DNA of 64,000 bases from Shigella phage ESh25, in sequence record ON528735; one strand, 5' to 3'. Position numbers and translations under genes: made by a program. The notes under the pieces are model-generated. The model was given only the letters and a program-made list of their open reading frames with translations. It had not been told where the DNA came from and ran no database searches. This document shows positions 43,208 to 54,870 of the stretch, one piece after another (position 1 is the stretch's first letter; each line of letters begins with the position of its first letter).

Positions 43208-44125
43208 TCAAAATTCATTAATGCTATTAGTTAATTTAGAAAGACCTGCTTTTACAAAATATGAATAAATTTTGCCACGCGGTGGTAATTTATATGAATT
43301 ATAGTAATTCACAATGTTTGAAGCAATATTATCAGGAATATAATCAAAATCAATTAGAACTAAATTTTCTTTATAACGATTATATTCAGATTCTGTGAGA
43401 AGCACCTTAGCTTGCTCACGGTCATTAGCAATAGCTTCAACGATTGAAGTTTTCATTGAAGGAGTCCGTTCACCTTCAACTCTGGTAAACCAAAAGTCAG
43501 AACGTACTTTAACTGAAGCAACGTTATCCTTTTTGTCACCCTTAAGAATTTTAGTCATACAATCAATTTCAGCAGAACCGCTTTTAATTTTAACCCATTT
43601 CTTGTGCATCGGTGACCATTGCTTAACATTTGGATATTTGTGAAGTTGAGTAAAGTCACCATCCGACGAAATGATTAAAATCTTATGTCCTTCTAAAGAG
43701 AACTTTTTAACAAGAACAGCGATATGATCATCTGCTTCATACTTATCAATATCCATAACGATGTATGGCATATAAGCTTTCAATTCATCTATAACTTTAT
43801 GACTGGATTCAAAATAACCTTCCCAGTCCCAAGTAGATTCTTCTCGTGCTTTTCCACGGTTTTTCTTATAATAATAAGCGAAATCACGACGCCAGTATCC
43901 AGATTTCGCGTTATCAATACACAGTACAATTTTAGTGTATCCAAGCGTTTTTGCTTTTTTGACATTAAACTTAATTGAGTTCAATATCAAATGACGAACC
44001 ATTGATAAATTAATTTTTTCTTTATCTGGGAAGTTTACCAGAGCAGTTGAAAGAGCAATTTGACTAAAGTCAATAAAGCAAATTCCTTCTTTGTAATCTT
44101 CATCCAGCATCATTTCTAAATCCAT
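43208..44125 (-). CDS. rnh: RNase H (5'-3' exonuclease/flap endonuclease)
   Basis: 305 aa from the Met MDLEMML, as in T4 RNase H. Confidence 0.9.
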   Translation of the reverse strand: MDLEMMLDEDYKEGICFIDFSQIALSTALVNFPDKEKINLSMVRHLILNSIKFNVKKAKTLGYTKIVLCIDNAKSGYWRRDFAYYYKKNRGKAREESTWDWEGYFESSHKVIDELKAYMPYIVMDIDKYEADDHIAVLVKKFSLEGHKILIISSDGDFTQLHKYPNVKQWSPMHKKWVKIKSGSAEIDCMTKILKGDKKDNVASVKVRSDFWFTRVEGERTPSMKTSIVEAIANDREQAKVLLTESEYNRYKENLVLIDFDYIPDNIASNIVNYYNSYKLPPRGKIYSYFVKAGLSKLTNSINEF

Positions 44126-44187
44126 ATGAACCTCGTTCAATTAGTGAGATTTCTATTATATACTATCTAAATCTTAAAGTAAACAGG

Positions 44188-44195
44188 TATAAATA
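44188..44195 (+). promoter_or_regulatory. Late promoter for gene 34
   Basis: TATAAATA about 35 nt upstream of the gene 34 ATG; approximate coordinates. Confidence 0.6.
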
Positions 44196-44229
44196 CTTAT
44201 TATTGAAAACACAATAGGAGCCCGGGAGA

Positions 44230-47200
44230 ATGGCCGAGATTAAAAGAAAGTTCAGAGCAGAAGATGGTCTGGACGCAGGTGGCGATAAAATAATCAACGT
44301 AGCTTTAGCTGATCGTGCCGTAGGAACTGACGGTGTTAACGTTGATTACTTAATTCAAGAAAACACAGTTCAACAATACGATCCAACTCGTGGATATTTA
44401 AAAGATTTTGTAATCATTTATAATAATCGTTTTTGGGCAGCAACGGATAATATTCCAAAACCTGCTGGAAATTTTAATAGAATTCGTTGGAAAGCATTAC
44501 GTACTGATGCCGTATATACAACTGTATCATCTGGACCATATCAATTAAAATCCGGAGAAGCAATTTCAGTAGATACATCAGTTGGTAATGACATTGAGTT
44601 TACTTTACCACCTTCTCCGCTCGATGGAGAAACAGTAATAATTCAAGATATCGGTGGAAAACCTGGTATAAATCAGGTTAAAATAAGTTCTTCAAATCAG
44701 AGCATTGTTAATTTTAGAGGTGAACAAGTACGTTCAGTTTTAATGACTCATCCAAAGTCACAGATGATATTCATTTTTAATAATCGTTTGTGGCAAATGT
44801 ATGTTGCTGATTATAGCAGAGAAGCTGCAATTGTTACTCCATCGACTGCATATCAAGCACAATCTAATGATTTTATCGTGCGTAGATTTACTTCCGCAGC
44901 GCCGATTAATATTAAACTTCCGAGATTTGCTAATCATGGCGATATTATTAATTTCGTTGATTTAGATAAATTAAATCCACTTTATCATACAATTGTCACG
45001 ACATATGATGAAACAACTTCAGTACAAGAAGTTGGAACTCATTCCATTGAAGGCCGTACATCGATTGACGGTTTCTTGATGTTTGATGATAGTGAAAAAT
45101 TATGGAGATTGTTTGACGGGGATAGTAAAGCACGTTTACACATTATAACGACTAATTCAAACATTCGTCCAAATGAAGAAGTTATGGTATTTGGTGCGAA
45201 TAATGGAACAACTCAAACGATTGAACTTCAGCTTCCAACTAATATTTCTGTTGGTGATACTGTTAAAATTTCCATGAATTACATGAGAAAAGGACAAACA
45301 GTTAAAATCAAAGCTGCCGGTGAAGATAAAATTGCTTCTTCAGTTCAATTGCTGCAATTCCCAAAACGCTCAGAATATCCACCTGAAGCTGAATGGGTGA
45401 CTGTTCAAGAATTAGTTTTTAACGGTGAAACTAATTATGTTCCAGTTTTACAGCTTGCTTATATTGAAGATTCTGACGGAAAATACTGGGTAGTACAACA
45501 AAACGTTCCAACAGTTGAAAGAGTCGATTCTTTAAATAATTCTACTAGAGCAAGATTAGGCGTAATTGCTTTAGCTACACAAGCCCAAGCTAACGTCGAT
45601 TTAGAAAATTCTCCACAAAAAGAATTAGCAATTACTCCAGAAACATTAGCTAACCGTACTGCTACAGAAACTCGTAGAGGTATCGCAAGAATAGCAACTA
45701 CTGCTCAAGTAAATCAGAACACTACATTCTCTTTTGCTGATGACCTTATCATCACTCCTAAAAAGCTGAATGAAAGAACTGCTACAGAAACTCGTAGAGG
45801 TGTTGCTGAAATTGCTACGCAGCAGGAAACTAATACAGGTATCGATGATACTACAATCATCACTCCTAAAAAGCTTCAAGCTCGTCAAGGTTCTGAATCA
45901 TTATCAGGTATTGTAACTTTTGTATCTACCGCAGGAGCTACCCCAGCTTCTAGTCGTGAATTAAATGGTACAAATGTTTACAATAAAAACACTAATAATT
46001 TAGTTGTTTCGCCTAAAGCACTGGATCAGTATAAAGCTACTCCAACACAGCAAGGTGCAGTAATTTTAGCAGTTGAAAGTGAAGTAATTGCTGGACAAAG
46101 CCAAGAAGGATGGGCAAATGCGGTTGTAACGCCAGAAACGTTACATAAAAAGACATCAACTGATGGAAGAATTGGTTTAATTGAAATTGCTACGCAAAGT
46201 GAAGTTAATACAGGAACTGATTATACTCGCGCAGTCACTCCTAAAACTTTAAATGACCGTAGAGCAACTGAAAGTTTAAGTGGTATAGCTGAAATTGCTA
46301 CACAAGTTGAATTCGACGCAGGCGTCGACGATACTCGTATCTCTACACCATTAAAAATTAAAACTAGATTTAATAGTACTGATCGTACTTCTGTTGTTGC
46401 TCTATCTGGATTAGTTGAATCAGGAACTCTCTGGGACCATTATACCCTTAATATTCTTGAAGCAAATGAGACACAACGTGGTACACTTCGTGTAGCTACA
46501 CAAGTTGAAGCTGCTGCAGGAAAATTAGATAATGTTTTAATAACTCCTAAAAAGCTTTTAGGTACTAAATCTACCGAATCGCAAGAAGGTGTTATTAAAG
46601 TTGCAACTCAGTCTGAAACCGTGACTGGAACGTCAGCAAATACTGCTGTATCTCCAAAAAATTTAAAATGGATTGTGCAGAGTGAACCTACTTGGGCAGC
46701 TACTACTGCGATAAGAGGTTTTGTTAAAACCTCATCTGGTTCAATTACGTTCGTTGGTAATGATACAGCTGGTTCTACGCAGGACTTAGAACTATATGAG
46801 AAAAATGGTTATGCAGTATCACCATATGAATTAAACCGTGTATTAGCAAATTATTTGCCGTTAAAAGCAAAAGCTGCTGACGCAAATTTATTAGATGGTC
46901 TAGATTCATCTCAGTTCATTCGTAGGGATATTGCCCAGACAGTTAATGGTTCACTAACCTTAACCAAACAAACGAACCTGAGTGCCCCTCTTGTATCATC
47001 TAGTACTGCTACGTTTGGTGGATCAGTTTCAGCAAATAGTACACTAACTATTTCTAATACTGGAACGGCAACTCGTCTGATTTTTGAAAAAGGACCTCAA
47101 ACTGGGACGAACCCAGCTCAAACGATGACAGTCAGAGTGTGGGGAAATCAATTTAGCGGGGAATCAGACACAACACGTTCTACCGTATTTGAAGTTAGTG

Positions 47201-48099
47201 ATGAAACGTCTAGTCATTTTTATTCTCAGCGTAATAAAGCTGGAAATATAACATTTAATATCAACGGCACAGTAACACCGATAAATGTTAATGCTTCAGG
47301 AACATTGAATGCAAATGGTGTAGCAACATTTGGTAATTCAGTCACTGCAACTGGTGAAATTATTTCTCGAAGCGCAAATGCTTTCCGTGCTATTAACGGA
47401 AATTATGGTTTCATTGTTCGCAATGATGGATCAGTAACGAATTTTATGCTTACTGCATCGGGTGATCAGACTGGCGGATTTAATGGATTGCGTCCTTTAG
47501 CTATTAATAATGCATCTGGCCAAGTAACGATTGGTGAAAGCTTAATCATTGCAAAAGGTGCTACTATAAGTTCAGGCGGTTTAACTGTTAACTCGAGAAT
47601 TCGCTCTCAAGGTACTAAAACTTCTGATTTATACACTCGCGCACCAACATCTGATACAGTAGGATTCTGGTCAATTGATATTAACGATTCAGCCACTTAT
47701 AATCAATTCCCTGGTTATTTTAAAATGGTTGAAAAAACTAATGAAGTGACTGGACTTCCATACTTAGAACGTGGTGAAGAAGTTAAATCTCCTGGTACAT
47801 TGACTCAGTTTGGTAACACACTTGATTCACTTTACCAAGATTGGATTACTTATCCAACGACCCCAGAAGCACGTACCACTCGCTGGACACGTACATGGCA
47901 GAAAACTAAAAATTCTTGGTCAAGTTTTGTTCAGGTATTTGACGGAGGTAACCCTCCTCAACCTTCAGATATAGGAGCGATCCCATCTGATAATGGAATA
48001 ATAGGTAATCTTACTATTCGCGATTTCTTGCGAATTGGTAATGTTCGCATTATTCCTGACCCAGTGAATAAAACTGTTAAATTTGAGTGGATTGAATAA
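44230..48099 (+). CDS. 34: Long tail fibre proximal subunit gp34
   Basis: 1289 aa as T4 gp34; internal repeated motifs; late promoter upstream. Confidence 0.95.
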   Translation: MAEIKRKFRAEDGLDAGGDKIINVALADRAVGTDGVNVDYLIQENTVQQYDPTRGYLKDFVIIYNNRFWAATDNIPKPAGNFNRIRWKALRTDAVYTTVSSGPYQLKSGEAISVDTSVGNDIEFTLPPSPLDGETVIIQDIGGKPGINQVKISSSNQSIVNFRGEQVRSVLMTHPKSQMIFIFNNRLWQMYVADYSREAAIVTPSTAYQAQSNDFIVRRFTSAAPINIKLPRFANHGDIINFVDLDKLNPLYHTIVTTYDETTSVQEVGTHSIEGRTSIDGFLMFDDSEKLWRLFDGDSKARLHIITTNSNIRPNEEVMVFGANNGTTQTIELQLPTNISVGDTVKISMNYMRKGQTVKIKAAGEDKIASSVQLLQFPKRSEYPPEAEWVTVQELVFNGETNYVPVLQLAYIEDSDGKYWVVQQNVPTVERVDSLNNSTRARLGVIALATQAQANVDLENSPQKELAITPETLANRTATETRRGIARIATTAQVNQNTTFSFADDLIITPKKLNERTATETRRGVAEIATQQETNTGIDDTTIITPKKLQARQGSESLSGIVTFVSTAGATPASSRELNGTNVYNKNTNNLVVSPKALDQYKATPTQQGAVILAVESEVIAGQSQEGWANAVVTPETLHKKTSTDGRIGLIEIATQSEVNTGTDYTRAVTPKTLNDRRATESLSGIAEIATQVEFDAGVDDTRISTPLKIKTRFNSTDRTSVVALSGLVESGTLWDHYTLNILEANETQRGTLRVATQVEAAAGKLDNVLITPKKLLGTKSTESQEGVIKVATQSETVTGTSANTAVSPKNLKWIVQSEPTWAATTAIRGFVKTSSGSITFVGNDTAGSTQDLELYEKNGYAVSPYELNRVLANYLPLKAKAADANLLDGLDSSQFIRRDIAQTVNGSLTLTKQTNLSAPLVSSSTATFGGSVSANSTLTISNTGTATRLIFEKGPQTGTNPAQTMTVRVWGNQFSGESDTTRSTVFEVSDETSSHFYSQRNKAGNITFNINGTVTPINVNASGTLNANGVATFGNSVTATGEIISRSANAFRAINGNYGFIVRNDGSVTNFMLTASGDQTGGFNGLRPLAINNASGQVTIGESLIIAKGATISSGGLTVNSRIRSQGTKTSDLYTRAPTSDTVGFWSIDINDSATYNQFPGYFKMVEKTNEVTGLPYLERGEEVKSPGTLTQFGNTLDSLYQDWITYPTTPEARTTRWTRTWQKTKNSWSSFVQVFDGGNPPQPSDIGAIPSDNGIIGNLTIRDFLRIGNVRIIPDPVNKTVKFEWIE

Positions 48100-48107
48100 G
48101 AGGTATT

Positions 48108-49223
48108 ATGGAAAAATTTATGGCAGAGTTTGGACAAGGATATGTCCAAACGCCATTTTTATCGGAAAGCAATTCAGTAAGATATAAAATAAGCATAGCG
48201 GGTTCTTGCCCGCTTTCTACTGCGGGACCATATGTTAAATTTCAGGATAATCCCGTTGGAAATCAAACATTTAGTGCAGGTCTTCATTTAAGAGTTTTTG
48301 ACCCTTCTACGGGAGCATTAGTTGATAGCAAGTCATATGCTTTTTCTGCTTCAAACAATACAACATCTGCCGCTTTTGTCAGTTTCATGAATTCTTTGTC
48401 AAACAATAGACTTGTTGCTATATTAACTAGCGGAAAGGTTAATTTTCCTCCTGAAGTGGTATCTTGGTTAAGGGGAGCAGGAACTTCAGTTTTTCCATCA
48501 GATTCAGTATTGTCAAGATTTGACGTGTCATATGCTGCTTTTTACACTTCTTCTAAAAGAGCTATCGCATTAGAGCATGTTAAACTAAGTAATAGAAAAA
48601 GCACAGATGACTATCAAACTATGTTAGATGTTGTATTTGATAGTTTAGAAGACGTCGGAGCTACAGGATTTCCTAAAAGAACATACGAAAGCGTTGAGCA
48701 ATTTATGTCTGCGGTTGGAGGAACTAATAATGAAATTGCGCGATTGCCAACTTCAGCTGCTATAAGTAAACTTTCTGACTACAATTTAATTCCTGGTGAT
48801 GTTCTTTATCTTAAAGCACAACTATATGCTGATGCTGATTTACTTGATCTTGGAACTACAAATATATCTATTCGTTTTTATGATGCATCAAATGGATATA
48901 TTTCCTCGACCCAAGCTGAGTTTACTGGGCAAGCTGGGTCTTGGGAATTAAAAGAAGATTATGTAGTTGTTCCTGAAAATGCAGTAGGATTTACGATATA
49001 TGCACAAAGAACTGCCCAAGCAGGTCAAGGCGGCATGAGAAATTTAAGCTTTTCTGAAGTATCAAGAAATGGCGGCATTTCAAAACCTGCCGAATTTGGC
49101 GTCAACGGTATTCGCGTTAATTATGTCTGCGAATCGGCTTCACCTCCAGATATAATGGTACTTCCTACACAAGCCTCTTCTAAAACTGGCAAAGTGTTTG
49201 GGCAAGAATTTAGAGAAGTTTAA
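48108..49223 (+). CDS. 35: Long tail fibre hinge protein gp35
   Basis: 371 aa; synteny. Confidence 0.9.
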   Translation: MEKFMAEFGQGYVQTPFLSESNSVRYKISIAGSCPLSTAGPYVKFQDNPVGNQTFSAGLHLRVFDPSTGALVDSKSYAFSASNNTTSAAFVSFMNSLSNNRLVAILTSGKVNFPPEVVSWLRGAGTSVFPSDSVLSRFDVSYAAFYTSSKRAIALEHVKLSNRKSTDDYQTMLDVVFDSLEDVGATGFPKRTYESVEQFMSAVGGTNNEIARLPTSAAISKLSDYNLIPGDVLYLKAQLYADADLLDLGTTNISIRFYDASNGYISSTQAEFTGQAGSWELKEDYVVVPENAVGFTIYAQRTAQAGQGGMRNLSFSEVSRNGGISKPAEFGVNGIRVNYVCESASPPDIMVLPTQASSKTGKVFGQEFREV

Positions 49224-49228
49224 ACTGA

Positions 49229-49252
49229 GGGAGCCTTCGGGTTCCCTTTTTC
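49229..49252 (+). terminator. Terminator after gene 35
   Basis: gggagcc-ttcg-ggttccc hairpin then TTTTTCTTT. Confidence 0.6.
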
Positions 49253-49254
49253 TT

Positions 49255-49262
49255 TATAAATA
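49255..49262 (+). promoter_or_regulatory. Late promoter for gene 36
   Basis: TATAAATA between the gene 35 terminator hairpin and gene 36; approximate coordinates. Confidence 0.6.
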
Positions 49263-49285
49263 ATATTAAAATAAAGGGGCATATA

Positions 49286-49936
49286 ATGGCTGATTTAAAA
49301 GTAGGTTCAACTGTAGGTGGATCTGTCATTTGGCATCAAGGAAATTTTCCATTGAATTCAGCCGGTGACGATGTACTCTACAAATCATTTAAAATATATT
49401 CAGAATATAATAAACCGCAGGCAGCTGATAACGATTTCGTTTCTAAAGCTAATGGTGGTACTTACACCGGTCCAATTACTATTAATTACGGGGTAAATAG
49501 TTATCTTCAATTAAGTAATAATGAAACCCCCATTCGAATTCGTTCTGGTGGCGGTACCGGTAATACTCTTGTAGTTGGTGGCTCTTCCGGCGGTATTAGT
49601 TTTAGACCTGCAGGTAGTGAAATCACTACTGGACAAATTACTATTACACCAGAAGGTTTGACAACATTTACCAGGGCTGTAACGGCTCCATCTGTAACTG
49701 TTACATCTACTCCTTCCGCAGCATCTGATGTTACTCGTAAAGATTATGTTGATGGAGCAATAAATACTGTTACAACAAATGCAAACTCTAGGGTATTACG
49801 CTCTGGAGACACTATGACAGGAAATTTAACTGCGCCAAACCTTTTTTCACAGAATCCTGCATCTCAACCTTCACACGTTCCACGATTTGACCAAATCGTA
49901 ATTAAGGATTCTGTTCAAGATTTCGGCTATTATTAA
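49286..49936 (+). CDS. 36: Long tail fibre distal connector gp36
   Basis: 216 aa; late promoter upstream. Confidence 0.9.
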   Translation: MADLKVGSTVGGSVIWHQGNFPLNSAGDDVLYKSFKIYSEYNKPQAADNDFVSKANGGTYTGPITINYGVNSYLQLSNNETPIRIRSGGGTGNTLVVGGSSGGISFRPAGSEITTGQITITPEGLTTFTRAVTAPSVTVTSTPSAASDVTRKDYVDGAINTVTTNANSRVLRSGDTMTGNLTAPNLFSQNPASQPSHVPRFDQIVIKDSVQDFGYY

Positions 49937-49944
49937 GAGGACTT

Positions 49945-52911
49945 ATGGCTACTTTAAAACAAATACAATTTAAAAGAAGCAAAACTGCAGGTCAACGTCC
50001 TGCTGCTTCAGTATTAGCCGAAGGTGAATTGGCTATAAACTTAAAAGATAAAACAATTTTCACAAAAGATGACTCAGGTAGTGTTATAGAATTAGGTTTA
50101 AAATATGGAGGAACAATTGATGGTTCTTTAACTGTTAATGGAAATATAATTGGAAATTTAACAGGTAACGCTGCAACTGCAACGAAATTAAAAACAGCAC
50201 GAAAAATTAATGGTATATCCTTTGATGGGTCAAAGGATATCACGCTAACTCCATCTGACATAAATGTCAATAGCACAACATTTATAAAAAATAATGGCGA
50301 ATTACCTGTTGATGCTAATTTAGATGAGTATGGGCCTGTTGAAGAATATCTTGGTGTTTGGTCGAAAGCAACTTCAACCAACGCTCAACCAGCAAATAAA
50401 TTTCCAGAAGAAAATGCTGTAGGTGTGCTAGAAGTATTTGTGGCCGGTCAATTTGCTGGTACTCAGAGATATACAACTAGATACGGAAATGTTTATATTC
50501 GTTCCTTGACTGCTACATGGAACGGAGTAAATGGTCCGTGGAGTGTGTGGCGAAATATTCAATCCGGTACTCGTCCACTGTCAACAACAATTGATCTTAA
50601 TGATCTAGGAGGCGCTGAACACTTTGGTTTGTGGCGAAATAGTTCAAATTCTATTGCTACCTTTGACAGAAATTTCCCAGAAGAGGGGTCGTCAGCTCAA
50701 GGACTTTTAGAAGTATATGAAGGTGGAAACTATTCTCGCACACAGAGATATACGACCAGATTTGGTGTTGTTTATACTCGCTGTCTTGCTGCTGCGTGGG
50801 ATGCTTCTGCGCCTAAATGGGGACCGTGGCAACAAGTCGGTAATGTCACACCAGCGACTTTTTATGATGGAGATCTGAATGATTTTAAAACTCCTGGGTT
50901 ATATAATATTTTAGGCACTGATGCCGTTATTAACTGTCCTACCGGTGAAGGTTTGCCGACTGTTATTGTTGGTTTGCTGGAAGTTAAACAGCGTGCTTCT
51001 GGCGGTGCTATTTTCCAAAAATTTACTACTGCCGGAACGGGTGCAACTACCCGCGATCGTATTTTTGAGCGCGCATATACCGGCGGTGTTTGGGGTGCAT
51101 GGAACGAAGTATATACATCTTATTCTCTGCCAATTACTTTGGGTATGGGTGGTATTAAAGCTCAATTAGCGGAGTTAGATTGGCAAACCTTTGATTTTGT
51201 CCCTGGTAGTATGTTTAGCGTTCCTTTGAATAAAATAAAGAACATGCCAGCAAATATGGATTGGGGGACGATTGATGGAAACTTGGTTATGTTTTCTGTC
51301 GGTCCTAGCGAACATACTAGCACAGGGCGCACTGTTCAGGTTTGGCGCGGTACTGTATCCCAGACAAACTACCGTTATTTTGTCGTTCGTGTATTCGGTA
51401 ATTCAGGAAATAGAACTTGCACAGTTCGTCGTGTTGTTCTTGAAGATGGTCGCCACAAATGGACAGCGCAGCAAGATTTTAATGGCGCAGTTAACTTCGG
51501 TGCTGCAACCACGTTTAAATCAACTACAACTTTTAATACAGAAGTTAAATTTCGCGCATTGAATGCGTTCCGCCTGTATGGCGGAAAATTTGGTACATTT
51601 TTCCGTAATGATGGAGAGAGTCTTTATATTCTTTCCACCGACGAAGATGATCAAGATGGAAACTTTAATACAAATAGACCTTTCCGTTATGAATTGAGAA
51701 CTGGTGATGTTACTTTAGGTGGTACTAGTGGTGCTAACGTTTTAAAATTAAAACGTGATTCTCTCACCGCATTTTTTGGTGGTGATATTAATATAAAAGG
51801 CTTGATGACTTTTGACGCCGGACGTTTAGGATCACGAGATTATTTTAAATTTAACCATTGGGGTGATAGTAATAATGCGCGTGATAACATTATTCAGTTA
51901 GAAGACAGCAAAGGAGTTCATTTTTCTACTGAACGTACTTTAGCGACTGGTGCAATTAAAACTAAATTCTTTGGTGAAGTTGAATCCGATGGTAGATTGA
52001 TTATTAAACGTCCGGGTGATTCTATTGTATTATCAGCACCTGCTAGTAATTCTTTGCATATTCGTGGTGACGTAGACGGTACTAATAACTGGTATATTGG
52101 TAAGGGTGGTGATGATAATGGATTAGCGTTCTATAGTTATGCTACTAATGCTGGTGTATACATTACAAACGCAGGGGATATCACGCTAAGTCCAAAAGGC
52201 GTCGAAATGGCTCATGTTAATAACGTTCGATTATATGTTCATGGTGAACGTTGGACCGCTAGTCAACCAGGTGATTGGGGCAACCAATGGCGAGTAGAAG
52301 CGCCAATATTCGTCGATCATGGTTATGTTGGATCAGATAGCTATTATCCAATTATTAAAGGAAGAAGTGTAGTCACCAATCAAGGGTTTGTAACTGCCGT
52401 CGATCTTGGTATTCGTCGTATCCCTAATAATTGGGGACAAGCAATTATTCGTGTTGGATCTGCGGAGGCTTCTCCTGATGCTGGTCATCCTAACGCGATA
52501 TTCGAGTTCCACTATGATGGGTTCTTTTACGCACCAGGAAATGGAAATTTTAATGATGTGTATATTCGTTCCGATGGTCGTCTTAAGATTAATAAAAAAG
52601 AGCTAGAAAACGGAGCGGTTGAAAAAGTTTGCCGACTGAAAGTTTATACTTACGATAAAGTTAAGTCTATTAAAGACCGTAGTGTTATTAAACATGAAGT
52701 TGGTATTATTGCGCAGGATCTTGAAAAGGAATTGCCGGAAGCTGTATCTAAAGTTGAAGTTGATGGATCTGATGTTTTGACAATTTCTAACTCTGCTGTG
52801 AATGCTCTTTTAATTAAGGCCATTCAGGAAATGAGCGAAGAAATTAAAGAATTGAAAACACCTTTCTTCACTAAAATTGCTCGTAAAATTAGCAATTATT
52901 TTAAATTCTAA
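49945..52911 (+). CDS. 37: Long tail fibre distal subunit gp37
   Basis: 988 aa; synteny; C-terminal segment resembles a chaperone-type tail. Confidence 0.9.
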   Translation: MATLKQIQFKRSKTAGQRPAASVLAEGELAINLKDKTIFTKDDSGSVIELGLKYGGTIDGSLTVNGNIIGNLTGNAATATKLKTARKINGISFDGSKDITLTPSDINVNSTTFIKNNGELPVDANLDEYGPVEEYLGVWSKATSTNAQPANKFPEENAVGVLEVFVAGQFAGTQRYTTRYGNVYIRSLTATWNGVNGPWSVWRNIQSGTRPLSTTIDLNDLGGAEHFGLWRNSSNSIATFDRNFPEEGSSAQGLLEVYEGGNYSRTQRYTTRFGVVYTRCLAAAWDASAPKWGPWQQVGNVTPATFYDGDLNDFKTPGLYNILGTDAVINCPTGEGLPTVIVGLLEVKQRASGGAIFQKFTTAGTGATTRDRIFERAYTGGVWGAWNEVYTSYSLPITLGMGGIKAQLAELDWQTFDFVPGSMFSVPLNKIKNMPANMDWGTIDGNLVMFSVGPSEHTSTGRTVQVWRGTVSQTNYRYFVVRVFGNSGNRTCTVRRVVLEDGRHKWTAQQDFNGAVNFGAATTFKSTTTFNTEVKFRALNAFRLYGGKFGTFFRNDGESLYILSTDEDDQDGNFNTNRPFRYELRTGDVTLGGTSGANVLKLKRDSLTAFFGGDINIKGLMTFDAGRLGSRDYFKFNHWGDSNNARDNIIQLEDSKGVHFSTERTLATGAIKTKFFGEVESDGRLIIKRPGDSIVLSAPASNSLHIRGDVDGTNNWYIGKGGDDNGLAFYSYATNAGVYITNAGDITLSPKGVEMAHVNNVRLYVHGERWTASQPGDWGNQWRVEAPIFVDHGYVGSDSYYPIIKGRSVVTNQGFVTAVDLGIRRIPNNWGQAIIRVGSAEASPDAGHPNAIFEFHYDGFFYAPGNGNFNDVYIRSDGRLKINKKELENGAVEKVCRLKVYTYDKVKSIKDRSVIKHEVGIIAQDLEKELPEAVSKVEVDGSDVLTISNSAVNALLIKAIQEMSEEIKELKTPFFTKIARKISNYFKF

Positions 52912-52931
52912 CAACAAGGGGCTTTGCCCCT

Positions 52932-53744
52932 TTGGAGAAAATTATGGCAGTAGTTGGTGTTCCTGGTTGGATTGGAAGTTCATCCGTAAATGAAACAGGA
53001 CAACGATGGATGAGTCAAGCGGCTGGTCAATTAAGATTGGGTATTCCTTGCTGGATGAGTCAATTTGCAGGTCGCTCAAGAGAAATTATTCACACGCTTG
53101 GAGCAGACCATAACTTCAATGGTCAATGGTTCCGAGATAGATGTTTTGAGGCAGGTAGTGCACCTATAGTGTTTAATATCACAGGAAATTTGGTATCATA
53201 TTCTAGAGATGTTCCTTTATTCTTCATGTATGGAGATACACCAAATGAATATGTTCAGTTGAATATTAGCGGTGGAGCTCATATGTGGGGCAGAGGTGGA
53301 CAAGGTGGATGGACTCATTCTGGTGGAGATGGTAATGGTCAACAGGGTGGACATTGTATTCAAAATGACATTGGTGGTCGGTTAAGAATTAATAATGGTG
53401 GAGTAATTTGTGGCGGAGGAGGCGGTGGCGGCGGTATCGCTTATCGTCCTCACTCTGGTGCAAACTGGCAAGATATTGGTGGCGGTGGAGGAAGACCGTT
53501 TGGCCCAGGAGGTGGCGGTGGTTATTCAGGAGGTGCTGCTTCTTATGATGGCCCAGGAGGTGGTTATAATTATGGTATTGCTCACTCTGGTCAAGGTGGC
53601 GATGCTGGAGGAAATGGACAAAATGCCTGGCATGATGGTGGTAAAGTTCTAAAAGTTGGCGCTGGCGGGGCGGCAGGTTATGCTGTAATAGGGTCTGCTC
53701 CAACATGGCAAAATGTTGGAATAATATATGGTCCAAGAGTATAA
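52932..53744 (+). CDS. 38: gp38 tail fibre adhesin, T2/T6 type with glycine-rich motifs
   Basis: 270 aa with poly-Gly islands ([19 protein letters not shown]); longer than the T4 gp38 chaperone. Confidence 0.8.
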   Translation: MEKIMAVVGVPGWIGSSSVNETGQRWMSQAAGQLRLGIPCWMSQFAGRSREIIHTLGADHNFNGQWFRDRCFEAGSAPIVFNITGNLVSYSRDVPLFFMYGDTPNEYVQLNISGGAHMWGRGGQGGWTHSGGDGNGQQGGHCIQNDIGGRLRINNGGVICGGGGGGGGIAYRPHSGANWQDIGGGGGRPFGPGGGGGYSGGAASYDGPGGGYNYGIAHSGQGGDAGGNGQNAWHDGGKVLKVGAGGAAGYAVIGSAPTWQNVGIIYGPRV

Positions 53745-53775
53745 TTTTGAATAAATACCCTTAAAAGGAGGGTCT

Positions 53776-54432
53776 ATGACAGCACCTAGAATATCATTTT
53801 CGCCCTCTGGTATTCTGTTTGGTGTTCTAGATCGCTTGTTCAAAGATAACGCTACCGGGAAGGTTCTTGCTTCCCGGGTAGCTGTCGTAATTCTTTTGTT
53901 TATAATGGCGATTGTTTGGTATAGGGGAGATAGTTTCTTTGAGTACTATAAGCAATCAAAGTATGAAACATACAGTGAAATTATTGAAAAGGAAAGAAAT
54001 GCACGCTTTGAATCTGTCGCCCTGGAACAACTCCAGATAGTTCATATATCATCTGAGGCAGACTTTAGTGCGGTGTATTCTTTCCGCCCTAAAAACTTAA
54101 ACTATTTTGTTGATATTATAGCATATGAAGGAAAATTACCTTCAACAATAAGTGAAAAATCACTTGGAGGATATCCTGTTGATAAAACTATGGATGAATA
54201 TGCAGTTCATTTAAATGGACGTCATTATTATTCAAACTCAAAATTTGCTTTTTTACCAACTAAAAAGCCTACTCCCGAAATAAATTACATGTACAGTTGT
54301 CCATATTTTAATTTGGATAATATCTATGCTGGAACAATAACCATGTACTGGTATAGAAATGATCATATAAGTAATGACCGCCTTGAATCAATATGTGCTC
54401 AGGCGGCCAGAATATTAGGAAGGGCTAAATAA
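53776..54432 (+). CDS. t: Holin T
   Basis: 218 aa as T4 holin; single N-terminal TM segment VAVVILLFIMAIVWY. Confidence 0.9.
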   Translation: MTAPRISFSPSGILFGVLDRLFKDNATGKVLASRVAVVILLFIMAIVWYRGDSFFEYYKQSKYETYSEIIEKERNARFESVALEQLQIVHISSEADFSAVYSFRPKNLNYFVDIIAYEGKLPSTISEKSLGGYPVDKTMDEYAVHLNGRHYYSNSKFAFLPTKKPTPEINYMYSCPYFNLDNIYAGTITMYWYRNDHISNDRLESICAQAARILGRAK

Positions 54433-54705
54433 TTATTTGTTTGTATACATCTCTAGATATCGATATACACCCTCAAAACCCTCGTTGAATTCGTCGATGA
54501 GGGTTTTCTTATCTTCTTGAGTTAATTCAGAAACAATTTTACGGAATGAATTCTGATTTAACTTTCTACCTTCATGCGTTACTCCAATCTCATTCAGAAA
54601 TGCAATAAAATTAGCACGATTCTCAACAATATCTTCTCTGGAAAATTTAATCAAAATAGACGCAACAGTAATAATTTCACGAACTGTATCAATATTTTTA
54701 TTCAT
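54433..54705 (-). CDS. asiA: AsiA anti-sigma70 factor
   Basis: 90 aa; sequence matches T4 AsiA as I recall it (MNKNIDTVREIITVASILIKFSRED...). Confidence 0.95.
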   Translation of the reverse strand: MNKNIDTVREIITVASILIKFSREDIVENRANFIAFLNEIGVTHEGRKLNQNSFRKIVSELTQEDKKTLIDEFNEGFEGVYRYLEMYTNK

Positions 54706-54717
54706 TAACTATACCAC

Positions 54718-54870
54718 TCAATTAGTTGACTTTGCTATAATATCATCAGACGTTTGATTTGTAAACTGGTCTGTGGTATTTTCTTCAAAAATTTTTTCTA
54801 CGAATTCCTTGAACGACTTACGTTCCTGAGCTACATTATGCTCGATTACTTTTTCAAGATTATGACTCAT
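54718..54870 (-). CDS. Small hypothetical ORF (asiA.1 position)
   Basis: About 50 aa; ATG overlaps the arn stop (ATGA); hand-counted coordinates. Confidence 0.4.
   Translation of the reverse strand: MSHNLEKVIEHNVAQERKSFKEFVEKIFEENTTDQFTNQTSDDIIAKSTN

Noticed and set aside
45655-45810. Direct DNA repeats of about 24 bp spaced 120 bp apart inside gene 34
   Set aside because: They encode repeated fibre motifs (TATETRRG...IATQ); they are in-frame coding repeats, not a CRISPR array or satellite.
53400-53560. Low-complexity GGTGGCGG tracts
   Set aside because: Coding poly-glycine motifs of the gp38 adhesin, not a simple-sequence repeat locus.
53389-53736. Minus-strand ORF (115 aa, His/Leu-rich) and a plus-strand 80-aa ORF inside gene 38
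   Set aside because: Shadow ORFs created by the GGT/GGC glycine-codon repeats of gp38; no RBS and fully contained in a strongly supported gene.
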